Notes under the pieces: model-generated
The model's database searches: none
What the model was told of the DNA's origin: nothing
What the model saw: the letters and a program-made list of their open reading frames with translations, nothing else
Translations under genes and position numbers: made by a program
Shown here: piece by piece, positions 38,101-50,000 of the stretch
Position numbering within the stretch: position 1 is the first letter of the stretch
Layout: each line of letters starts with the position of its first letter
DNA from: Phaeosaccion multiseriatum
Taxonomy: Eukaryota > Protista > Ochrophyta, other classes
Direction: 5' to 3'
NCBI GenBank assembly: GCA_965112735.1
Contig: OZ218951.1
Coordinates: forward strand, 1,302,001 to 1,366,000
DNA: 64,000 bases

Positions 38101-39115
38101 GCCTTGAAGGTGGAGGATAAGGTCCGACGGGCCATGAGGACTTTTCAGGAGCTGCTGGACGGTAAGCTCGGAGTCACGCCCTTCGAGGCACTCGAGTCTG
38201 GCGTCTTGCAGCCCCTGCAGCATGTGCTTATCACGCTGGAGTGGCAGCAGCAGCGGCAGCAGCAGTTGGTGATGCAGCAGCAGCAGCGCGGACTCCTTGT
38301 TAGTGTGCTGGTACCCATGCCACTGGTGATGGCTCGCTTAGAGCGGACAGTCACGAGGGCGATGTTTGGGGGAAATGAAGCAGCAGATGCCGAAGAAGAA
38401 GACGCAGTACGTGAAGGAAGCGGAGCAAGCGGCGAAGAAGAGAGCAAAGGAGGGGGCAGGGATGATGATGATGCGCGTGGTGGAAATGAAGAAGGCGACG
38501 GCGACGAGCAGGAGGAGAAACAAGGGGCGGCCACATACGACTCGCTGGTGCGCCTACTCCACGGGGTGCTCGATGCAGAGACGCTCCGTCTCAAAGCAGC
38601 GGCTGCCAACTCGGAGACGCTCACCGCCCTCGGCTTTGGGGCAGGAGGAGGAGGTGGAGCAGGCAGAGGTGGAGGTCGTGGAGGAGGAGGGGGAGACTCG
38701 GGCGCGGGTTCGAATAGCCTCAATACTGCTCTGGAGGCACTGTCTACTCCTGTCGCTCTTCAGCTTCGACCCTCTCACCAGGCATATGCGGCCCTTCGGC
38801 CCACCAAGGACATTGAAGGGGGCAGCGGCAGAACCGCAGATGGCGGTCGAAATAACAGTGTCGTCGTTGCGGTACAACCACTTGCTCGACTCAAGCAGCT
38901 CCGTGCCTTTGTGGTGCGATCGGCGCACATCTCCCACCCGGCTTACATGCACTACTGCAGGGCGCTCGTAGGTGGACTCATTGCGGTCAAGAGCTGGCCA
39001 CAGGACCCCACCGCTCCGGCCTCTTCCTACGGGCAGCAAGAGGGTGGAGGTGGGGGAGGAGGACCTCAGGGAGGAACGTGGGCTGCAGGGCCAAGTAGGC
39101 GTCATCAGCGCTTCT

Positions 39116-39150
<35 letters not shown>

Positions 39151-41076
39151 GGGAGGGGGGTGGAAGAGGACGGGCAGCAGCAGCGAGGTACGCAGAGGCA
39201 CGTTCAAACACAGCGTGGGAACCTTCTTTTGGGTCCCGGGGGCGGCTCCGGCTCGCCTCAGATGCTTGCTGTGTACCACGTGGTTGGGTTCGATCACGTT
39301 ACGGGCTCACACCTCCTGCAAGAGGCTCTGCAAGGGATGGCAGTGGATGGGAAGGCCATAGGTGGGACTCTTGGGGACAACAAGTGGGGAGGGACGGAGT
39401 TCCGTCAAGTGGTGCTTGCGGAGTGTGAGTATCGGCTCATCAGGCCGGGGAAGGGCCAAGGCTTGCCTCCGTTGCGGATGAAGACGAAGGAAGCCTACCA
39501 ACATCCTACCGGGAGCAGCAAGAGCGGCTCAGAGATGCAAGGACAAGAACAACAGGAGAAGGGGAAAGGGAAGGGCGGGGGGGTGACCGGGGATGACAAG
39601 GAGAAGAAAGAGGCCCCCCACAGCGGTACAGACGATGGACAAGGGGAGAGCGAACCAGTCTTGGAGGCTGCTTCTCGTTCCCAAGAATTAGCATCCGCAA
39701 AGGCGAGCGTGCTGTCTTGGTCTGCACCGCCATGGACTCCTTCTTTCTCTGCCGGAGATGGCCTACACGACTCCGGGTTAGCGCCGGATTCAGTTTTGGA
39801 TGGGCACGGTGGGGAGGAGGAGGAGGAGGAGGGGGAGGGGGAGGGGGAGGGGGGGGGGCGCCCTTCTGTCGGGCGATCCCAGTCATTGGGCAGCACGGAA
39901 TCACGGCAGCAACGGCGATACCGCCCCTTCTTGAACAAGGCATCCTCGGCCCGGCAACAGGTAGGGGACGCTCCCGTAGAAGAGCGATGCGCATGCTGTG
40001 GGCCTTATTTTGTTGCTTGGCTCCCTCTCATTCTCATTCTGACTGTGTCTCCTCCCGTGTGTGTATATGCGTCATTCTCTCTCTCTCTGTGTGCGTGTGC
40101 CCAGGCGAGTCGTTTGAAGGACGACGTCCTAGTTTCGTCGTCGCACGCCCGTGAGCAAGCCAACAAGGCCAGGCAACACGCTAGCAAGCTCCTCATGGGG
40201 GTTCTGCAAAACAGAGACGGAAGCAGCTCTCCCTCCACGCGGAAGACAGCTGCTAGAGGGCAGGGGCAAGGGCGAGGCCAGGCTTGGGAGGAGGAAGGCG
40301 CTGCTGCTGCTCTTGCACCGGGTGTGCTAGTTGAGGTGAAGGAGGCACAGTTGCCGTCTGCCAGCGACGGGGCGGGGACGAAGGAAGGGCAAGCCAGCAG
40401 CAGCAAAAGATCAGCTGCCACGTGGCTGGTTGGTAGGATCTCGCAGGTGCTACCAGGGGGGGTGGAGACACAAGGCGGAGGAGGAGGAGGAGGGCAGGGC
40501 GGCTTGAAGAAGAAGCCGCTCTCTCCCTTCCCATCCATCGCAGCCGTGGCCGCCGCAGCCGAAGCAGCCCAAGCAGAAGGCCAAGAGGCGACGGATACGT
40601 GTTACGTGGTGACCATGGAGGATGAAGGCAAGACAGGCCAGGTCTTGACGGTTCCTACCGAGCGGTTGAGGCTGTACACCGGCCCAAGTATGGGCAGTTT
40701 GGTGCGGGTGAAGGCGAAGGAGGGGGCGGGCGTGGCGGCGGCGTCCGCTGCTCTCGCTTCATGTCCCTCTGTCTCCGTCGGCAGTGGCAGTGGCGGTCTG
40801 TCTGCTGCTGCTCTTTCTTTCACTCCGCAGGCGGAAGGAGCGCCTGGACCCACATCTGCTTGTGCTTCTGCCGGGGCCCAACCCGCTCGGGCTTGGGCTG
40901 CCGCTTCTTCTGCTGGGGCCCAACATGCACCGGCAGACAACAGCAGTGTTGATGCCGGGGACAAGGCTAACGCCAACACAGAACAAGACGCAGCGCAGGC
41001 TGTGGGAGGAGGAGTATCAAAAGAGAAGAAGGCCAGCGATGGAGCAGAGCAGGCAGATGGTTCTGCTGTATCACCA

Positions 41077-41118
<42 letters not shown>

Positions 41119-41489
41119 TCCTCCCCACCGCCCGCTGCAGACGACAACGGCATAGCTACTCCTCTCCTCCGACGGGGGAGAATTGTGGCGGTGCACGAGA
41201 CGTCGAGTGGTAACAGTGGCTCGAGAATAATGAGCGCCGATATCGAGTTCGAGGACGGGTCACAAGAGACAGTCGCAGAGGACAGTCTTGTTGGGCTGCC
41301 TGCAGGCTTCGGCTTGGGCTCGACCTCCAGGGGGGCAATGGAGACCCTTTCGCAGTCATTGTCTTCACCGGGCGGGGCACGAGGGGGAGCAGGAGGAGGA
41401 AACGGAGGAGGAGGACGAGAGCGGACGGTGGAGACCTCATCACCTCGGCACCGCTTTAGCATGGGCTCCCCGTCGGCAGCGGCGGGTGC

Positions 41490-41521
<32 letters not shown>

Positions 41522-44500
41522 CGGCAGGATCAGCTCACTCGCGCAGTAAGCAGGGCAGCAGCCGACGGGTATGGGTGGAGCACATCGAGGAGGGGTTGGC
41601 TGGGGACGAGGAGGAGCACATGGCAGCCGATGGAAAGTGCGCCGCCGGTGCAAGCCCTCGACCGACGCTGTGGCGACCGGCCACGGTGCTGGGAGTGGAG
41701 CGGGGGGGGAGCAGCGGGCGGAGGAGGACGTTGAATGCCCAACGCCTGTACCACTTGTGTGTGATGGTGGAAGACTTTGAGTTCACGAAGGAGGAGGGGG
41801 ATGATGGCGATGGTGGTGAGGCGGACCCACCCGGCGTCGACAGCAGCAGTGGCTATCCGGTGCGCGAGGTGAGTGAGCGGACCATCATCTTTGGGAATGA
41901 GATGCGGGGTGTGCTGGACTTTCCCACTACCGGCGGTGGCCGCGGTAGCAGTAGCAGCACCGCCAGCGGTAGCAGCGGTAGATTAGGGCTTGGAGGGGGG
42001 ACTTCTGGCGCTGCTTCTGCGTCTCTGATGTCTTCGTTGTCTTCGGGGGCATCATCTTCGTCGTCGTCATCATCATCCTCCGGGGTAGTTGGTGGTTCAG
42101 CAGCTTCAGCCTCAGCCTCCTCATCGGGCGTTGCTGGTCGGCAGAGACAGAGACGGCTACAAGGGGGGGGGAGGAGGAGGAGGAGGAAGCTCTTTCTCTC
42201 TGTCCCGATCACCATCGTCCAATGTGACAGCCGCGCAGAAGCAAGCGGACGCCTCCTCTCCGCGGGCATCAACTCGTGCAAGGATCAAGAGCTCGATGAT
42301 GGGGGTGCTCTCTCGCAGAAGGAGCGGTAGCATTGGAGGAGGGTCACCAGCAAAGTCAGGGGTGTCATCCTCATCAGCAGCAGGTGCGGCAGGTGTTGAT
42401 ACAGCGGCAGCAGCAGCAACGGCGACCGCAGAGAAGAAGGCTGGGGGGGTGCGAGGGAGGGAGGAGGGTAGCGCCCGTCTCTCCCGGCGGTTGGATCTGA
42501 TTCAACCCGAGCCTCTGACGCCACACAGCTGGCTGAGGTACCGCGTCAAGAGAGGAGGTCCCCTCGGCTTCTTACCAAGCCTGCTCTCTCCCACTAGCAC
42601 CACCACCTCCAGCAGCACAGTGAGTAGTACAGCGACAACAACCACGACCACGGCAAGAGTTAGCGGTCGGAGGGAAAGCTGGAAGAAGGATGGTTTGGGA
42701 GGGGGTAAGGGCAGATTGGGTCTGCGAAAACATCTCAGGGTGGGGGGAGGAGGAGGAAGAGGAGGAGACACAGGTCTGGGGGAGTTTGAGGAAGCCGAAC
42801 GAGACAGAGAGGGGGAGGAGGAGGAGGAGGAGGAGGAGGAGGAGGAATGGGAGGAGGGAGAAGGAGGGGGAGAGGAGGACGAAAAGGAAGATGATGATGA
42901 GGACGAGGACGAGGAGGAAGAGAGCGAGGAAGAGGAAGAGGAGGAGGAGGATGAGGATGAAGGATATATAGAGGAGAAGAATGACGGGGGTGGGTACGAC
43001 GGATTTGAGCTTGTCAACGACGGACAGGAAGAGGAGGAAGAGGAGGATGCTGAGATGAACGAAGAGGACGAGGAGGAGATGGGCCTGGAGGGTGGCAAAG
43101 AGGAGGAGGAGGAGGACGAGAAGGCAGCGGGCAGTCAGGCGACTGAGACACCGCCGGACGGGAAGGAACCTCCTGCTGACACGTCACCAGCCGGAGGGGA
43201 TGCACGACCACCGCAGGGCTCGGCAAAGACGTTCCTGGACCCAGAGTTGTCGCCGTCTGCAGCAAGATCAATGCGGAGTAGACGAGGGGCCGCCAGAACA
43301 GCAGCGGCTGTTGGTGATACGACAGCAAACCAGGAGGGGCCTGTCTTGGTGGTGGATGACGAGGGCGTGATGGCGCGGGAAGGTTGGCTCCACCCTCCGA
43401 TGTTGCAGCTGAAGCTGTCGACAGCAGGTCCTGACCCTCCTCCTCCTCGGACACGTGCAGATTCCGGCGGGGGTGCCCTCGCTCATCATCATCATTATCA
43501 GCAGCAGCAGCAAGTGGAGGAGGAGAATGACGGCGGCTGGCCTGTATTGCAGGAAGACGACACGGTACTGCATTGCATAACCAGGCTCCTGGCCAGTGCG
43601 AATGCGGCTCAGCAGCGGCAGAAGGAGCAGCGGGAGGAAGCTGCTGCTGAGGCCGAGGCAGGCGACGGGGCGGGAGGGGCAGCAGGGGTGGGTGGGGGGC
43701 GGCGTAGATTTCAAGGATTTGCCACCACCCGCGCGCTGCTTTTGAATGCGAGGAGGGGCTTCTTTGGCGACACAGGAGAGCACCAAGTGCTGTACTTCCG
43801 AGTGGAATTGGACTCCTCGGAGGGGAGTGGGGCAGACCTGATGGGCTCGGTAGGGAGGGCAAGCGGTGACGGAGGCGGACACACTACTGCTGCTGAGGCG
43901 AGTCTGGTGAGAGGGAGAGGGCGAGGAGGAGGAGGGGGAGGAAGAGGAGTGGTTTCTGCAGCAATGTGGGGAAGGGTGCACTTGCCATCTGTGAATAGCC
44001 TCGTGCAGCTCTCTCCCCGACTGGCGGACTCGCTACTGCTCTCGAGGGCCGTGAAAGGGCTGCTGGGAGGAGTCAGGAGCTCTAACGAAGAAGAAGTGCC
44101 AGGAGGAGGTGGTGTCAGTGATGTGGGCGTGAGGAGGAGGGCGTGGGACGACGCCAACCCGCCCCATTGGGTCAATGGAGCCCTTTCAGACGTGTTCGGT
44201 AACGCCATTTCGGACGTGCTTGCGGTGACGGCGGACTCGTTGCCCGCTTGGGTGGACGCGCTGGCCATGTGCGGCTTTGCCTTTCTCTTGCCCTTTGAGC
44301 TTCGCCTGCGCTACTTTTACAGCACCGCCTTTGGCGTGAGTCGTAGCGTGTCCTGGTTGCAGCAGCACCAGGCCAGGCTGCAGGAGCAGCAGTTGCAACA
44401 GCAGCAGCAGGGAGGGGGCGGAGGCTCCTCGGCCTCTGCTGCGGCCGCGGGACGGAGCCCTCGTCCCCAGGGGGGTGCCGGGGGAAGGAACGCTCGAGCT

Positions 44501-45441
44501 GGCCCGGCCCCTCCTCGAAAGGAGATTGTGACGGTACGTTCGTGTGTGCGTGCGTGTGCGTGTTTCCGTGTGTACGTGTGTGTGTGTGTGAAGCTGCTCT
44601 TCCCTGTTCTCCCCCCCTCCGCCCCTCTTTCCCCCGACACCCGCCGCTCCCTTTGTGACCCCGCTTCACACCCGTTGGCACTGCCTTGGGGGGGAGGAGA
44701 AGGGTCAGGGGGGCATGGGGGAGGACCTAACTTGATTGTTGAAGCGACCCACCACCACGACGTTTCTTCCGTCTGCTGCGCCGCCATAGCTTACTCCCCC
44801 CCTTCCCCTCTCCCCTCCTGTGATATACCCCCCTTGTATATTATATTTACACATCATGTTACATGATGATCGAACCAACCAACCAACCAACCAACCAACC
44901 AACGAACGAACGAACGAACACGATTGATTGCACGAAACAGGTGTCTCGCGACCACTTGCTCGAGCACGCCGAGCAAATCATGCACGCATACCGCTCCTCC
45001 AAGGCTGTTGTGGACTTTCGGTTCCACGGGGAGAAGGGGCTGGGGGCAGGCGTCACGGCGTCCTTCTACACGGCGGTGGCTGCCGAGTTGTACCGCCGAA
45101 GCGCCAACTGTGTTTGCCCCATGTGGGTGGACGAAGACCGTACCAAGGACCCGGAGGCCTTCCTTGCGCATCCCGTAGGCCTCTTTCCCCGCCCGGTCAT
45201 GGTGGTGTTACGCGACCAGGGTAGCCTGCTTGCAGGGCTAACAGGTGACGGGAGTGGTGGTGGTGGTGGTGGTGGCGGTGGGGTGTGTGGCTCTTCCTCT
45301 TGCTCCTCTGAGGAGCCGTTGGCGGTTCTGGCGCGCTTTCGTTTCCTGGGAAGGCTGGCAGGGAGGACTCTCCTGGATGGACAGGTACGAAACGGCCGAA
45401 ACGGCACAAGCAGAGCAGAGACATGTCCATCGGGGCTTTCC

Positions 45442-45476
<35 letters not shown>

Positions 45477-46700
45477 GTGGCTTTGCTTTCGTGGACGTGG
45501 CACCAAAGGGAGAGCTCTCCTGTCGACGTTGGTGGTATGCCCGCACATGTGCCTTTCTCTGATGTGTGTGTATATGTGTGGATGTGTATGTTTGCTTTGC
45601 TTTTCCCTTTTCCTTCTCTTTATGTAACCCTCCCTCCCCTGCCCTGCGATGCACAGGTGCTCCCTCTTCCCCTCTGTTTGGACTTCTTTGCCGTCGTCCT
45701 TCGCGTGGTGCGAGAGGATTTGCAGCAAGAGGCCATGGGTTGCCATCTGGAGGAGGAGGGGGAGGAGGAAGAGGAGGGGGAGGAGGGGGAGGAAAAAGAC
45801 GAGAGCGACGCCAGAGAGGGCAGTAGCAGCGGCAGCAGCAGTTGCAGAAAGGAGGCCTCAGACATGCCTTCTTTCGCCCACACGCTAGCGAAGGAGAGCT
45901 CAAGCTGGCTTCTGACCCCTGCCGACATGCCGAGGCTTTTCCTGCAGCCAGGACAACTCATGCTGGACCTGACCACGGCCTTGACGCAAGCAGGATCAGA
46001 AGGGAGGACCGCAAGCATGCAAGGCATGCCCCTGGAGGAGTGGTTGGAGGCCGCGTGCATCTCCATGGTCGACCCGCTGTCTGGGGTGTCATTGGGAGGG
46101 GAAGAGGACCCGTCGGGGGAGGACCCAGCAACCGTGGACATGGGCAATGTGGAGAGGTATGTGAGGAAGGTGCTTTCTTGTTGGCTTGGCGACGGAGTTC
46201 GAGCGGCGGTCACCTCCTTCCTGCAAGGGTGCGGGGAGGTGTTTCCGGTGCACAAGCTTGCGGCCTTCTCCTCGGCTGAGCTCAGGGCACAGCTTTGCGG
46301 AGAGGAGGTGGAGGAGTGGGACGAGGAGGAGCTTCACACGTTGGTGATACCCGGCGCCGGTTACACGCGCAACAGCGACCCTTACCGAGCTCTCCTCGCT
46401 TACCTTGCCCGCACCACAGCGGCGCAGAAGAAGGAGTTCCTGGCCTTTGTGTTGGGCTGTCCTCACCTGCCTCCGGGCGGGCTGGGAGCACTGAGCCCGC
46501 CTCTGGAAGTGAGTCGAAAGCTCACCTCTCCGCCGAGAGGAGGGGCGGCCTTTGCCGGACAGGAGGATGTGGACAGAGACTTGCCCTTTGCGCGCACGTG
46601 TACGCACACGCTGCACCTGCCGCCTTACACATCAGACTCGCTCCTGGTGCAGAGGTTGGAATTCGCCATGGGCAACAGCCAATGCATCGACAGAGAGTAG
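32168..46700 (+). CDS. Giant HECT E3 ubiquitin ligase, TRIP12/UPL3/HECTD1-like (~4,400 aa), with 2 RanBP2-type zinc fingers, ARM-like, ankyrin and Tudor-like regions
   Basis: Zinc fingers WSCSVCTYLN...CEMC and WICKACTMQN...CYMC. ARM-like YQELAQECMTGIELLS. Ankyrin LHQA...GADPN and LLAAGADPN. Pre-HECT LPFELRLRYFYSTAFGVSR. HECT motifs GEKGLGAGVTASFY, GLFPRP, FRFLGRL, LPPGGL and catalytic LPFARTCTHTLHLPPY. Introns at ~32603-32905, 33142-33411, 39961-40104, 44534-44940 and 45385-45656. One frameshift at the G-run 42163-42171. Confidence 0.92.
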
Positions 46701-47065
46701 GGGTTTGCTATGTCTTGAGTAGTGAGAGGGGTAGTGGGACTCGGAGGGAGGAGGCGGGGAGAGAGAGAAGAGGGAGAGAGAGAGAGAGTGGAGAGGTTGC
46801 GACGTACGTACTTTCACAACTTATGTGTCGTAGCCCATATCGTCTTTGTTCAACTGGACATAGAGAAAAAGAAAATGCATGTAAACAGTGTGCACATCCC
46901 GTTCGTCTTGTCACAAGGTCGTCAAATCTCGGTCAAACTGAATCTCGTCACCTTCTCCCAACTACTAGAGCTCATCAGCTTCGTGAAACTCGGCTTGCAG
47001 TCCAAAATGTAGTGGATGGCACCTGAGGGCCTGAGCCCTTTCGCCCTCTTCTTCAATCCTCCATG

Positions 47066-50000
47066 CTAGAGGGATACATCGAATCTATCGGCATTCTTTG
47101 TCTCGCCAGGCTGATGCCCAGCAACGCTACTGCCACTCTGCCGCAGCAAAGACGCTCCTCCTCGGCGAGGGCTGCTTCTCTCTCGAACCACATGTCTCCT
47201 CGACCCCCTCCTGCCCATTTTGCAAAGATTTTGCTCTTCTTCTGCAGGGCCTCCGCCGCTGTCCAGCCCCGTTCCGTGATGACGCGGCGCAGCGAGCGCT
47301 CGGGAGGACAAGACGTGCTTTCTCAGCGGTATGCCCACCCACGCCACGTCTCCACGCTTTGAATTGGTGACACTTTCACCTCTCATGGCCATGCTCAGAT
47401 CACCAACATTTGCTCCTGCTTCAACGCGGCATCCAGGCTGCAAGTGAGCCCTTACTCCGAGCCACGCGTTCTCCCCGACTTGCACAGTCTTGAAGACGAA
47501 CCCTCCCGTGCCTTCGATGGTGTGCGCGAAGATTGTGGAGTCTTGCAACACCACCGCTGCGTCTCCAATGACGAGAAGATGCGCATCCTCAGGCCCGAGC
47601 CATAAAGATGTGTCCTTGCCAACACTTGCCCCCAGCAGCCGCAGCCACGCCGCGTACACCGGCCCGCCCGCGAAGTACTTGATGCAGAGAGCCTCTATCA
47701 AGGCCGGGCCCATGCTGCCCAAGCGGTATATATTCAGCGAAGGCGAATCGAGCGCTATCGGAGGCTGCCCCTCTCTGGCATGGAAGGATGTGCCCAGAAC
47801 TCGATGGAAAAGAATGGCTGAGCAAGCGCCTGCCAAGGCCATGAGAACTTGAAAGACGAAGCTCCCCAACACAAGAAAGAACACTCCAGTATGGCTCTCG
47901 CTCAGAGTATCCTTCGCCACCACTTCCGGAAGGACGAAGGGACAGAAGGCGGCAGCCGCATGCACATGGCCATTGCGCAGCAGCAGGTCAGATGCCCACG
48001 CGCTGATCAGCACCCCCGGACACCATACGCCGAGGAGCAGCACCACAGTCGCAAGCCCACGGAGCGCATTGTGCGCCCTCGACGGAACAGGAAGACTGGT
48101 TGCTGCATCGACGCCATCCTTCTCAGCAGCAGCACTCACTGGGTTCGGCAATACAAACGGCCGAGGTGCGCCCACTACAGAAGAGTTGCACGGTACGTCG
48201 TCGTCTCCACTCACAACGGTGCGATCTGCGACCGTGCTTCCGTCCCCAATGCAAGCTCCGCCTAGGAGAAGAGCTTCGTTCGCAACAATGCTGAAGCGGC
48301 CGATTGTGATGCTTTGCGTATCCTCGTCTCCACGGGCACCCCTTTCAGCGAAAAGGTGCACACGGCCCGCGAGCTGGGAGTTTTCCCCTATCCTGAGCTT
48401 CTCCCATATCGTAGTGATAGGAAGGGTAAGAAGTGCGCACCACTGCTCCAGGCTGGCGCCCATGGCGGAAGCAAAAGCACGGTTGAGCCCACAGTGTTCC
48501 ACAATAAGGGAGCCAACCTTGAAGAGAGGACTCTCCTGAAGAACTGCGAGTGACAGCCGTGTGGTGGCGCCGGGGCCGAGCAGCAAGAATATACGCTGTA
48601 GCGACAGCACTGCCACCATGTACAGCATGCTTCCGATCAACAGCAGCACGGGGAATGCCAATGCACGAGCGAAGATGGAGACACTCTCCCCCGCGCCGTC
48701 GTCACCACCCCCACCGGCAAGCACAAGTATCCAGAGGGGCAGCAGGTACGACCCCAAGTTGGTCACTGAAAGCAGGGCCAAGGCACAAAGCTCTTTTCCT
48801 ATCCGCCGCAGCCCCTGCTCGCGTTCGACCTCTGCCAGCGGGCCAGAGAGTGACGAATGGCCGAGCGACGCGTACGGACCGAGCTCCATCCCCTCGCCGA
48901 TGACCAAGTCCTTTGGCTCCTCATTCAGGCCCTCCTCCTCCTCCTGCTGCGTCTGCCCCCCCTCCCAGGGAGACGGACACACGTTGGACAGTATGCCCAC
49001 CTTTGCTCCCTTCCCGATCCTCACGCGATGGACATGGAGCATGCCATTCCGAGTAATGACAGACGGGCGAATGACGGCTCCGTACTCGATCACGGCCTCT
49101 TCTCCAACCTCGATCAAGTCATGCTCGTGCAGCAGCCAGCTCTCTAAGCGCGCGCTTCCACTGATTCGTGCCCCCAGCAGGCGGTTCCACACCCGCAAGG
49201 CGAAGGTACCACGGAGAACAGAAATCAGCAGTGCGGCAAGTTTCAGCACATTCTGCACAGCATACCACCGCCAGTAGTACGAGCTCCTCACGGACCATCG
49301 CCCCGGTCGCATGCGGCCAAGCACAGTCCACTTCACCACTACAATCAGGGCAAGGACCCAGCTGACTGACACGACGACGAGGAGTGGCAGCCAAGAAAGA
49401 ATCGTCGTATTGCCGCGCCCTGCTCTACGTAGCAAGTACACGCCAACGAAGCTGGGAGAAAACCCGCCGCTGAGCACAGCAACAACGAGCAGCCAACTCA
49501 GAATCTGCAGCTTCACTTGCTTGCCAGTGCTGAGTCTCCTGTGCGTTTTCATCGCTTCCCCTCCTCCACCGACTGACCCCAAATCGCGCTCCTCGTCCTC
49601 CACTCGGGCTTCGCTTGCCGCCGACGACTTCTCCCCGCTCTCTCCTCTGCCTCCGCCCTCCTCCGCCGCACCAAGCACTGAAACCAACACTGAAAGTGCC
49701 GCAGCGGTTCGGTTCTGGAAGATCTGCATTACTGTCAGAGCCTGCAGGAGTCACACAGACACAGCAGGGTCAGCAACAAGAGCGAGACACAACATGAAAG
49801 TGCGTTGTGCTCAGAGTCACTCACCTCGAAGCCGGGCACCTCTGTCCGGATACGCGAAACCGCCTGAGCCGCACTCAACGAGGTGCCTCCTCCGGCGAAC
49901 AAGTCGTCATTGGCTCGCAGGTCCGGTCGCCCAACGGCCTCTCGCATAATGCCGAGCACTTGACGGGTGGTGTCGTCCATAGGTGCGTCATCGCTGACGC

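Noticed and set aside
39961-40104. TM-like hydrophobic segment within the 2958-aa ORF
   Set aside because: Best explained as a stop-free 144-nt GT-AG intron with CT/GT repeats.
24215-46700. CDF, saposin-like and HECT genes as members of a biosynthetic cluster with the PKS-NRPS
   Set aside because: They are housekeeping-type functions with no evident pathway link. Any cluster partners would more likely lie beyond 64000.
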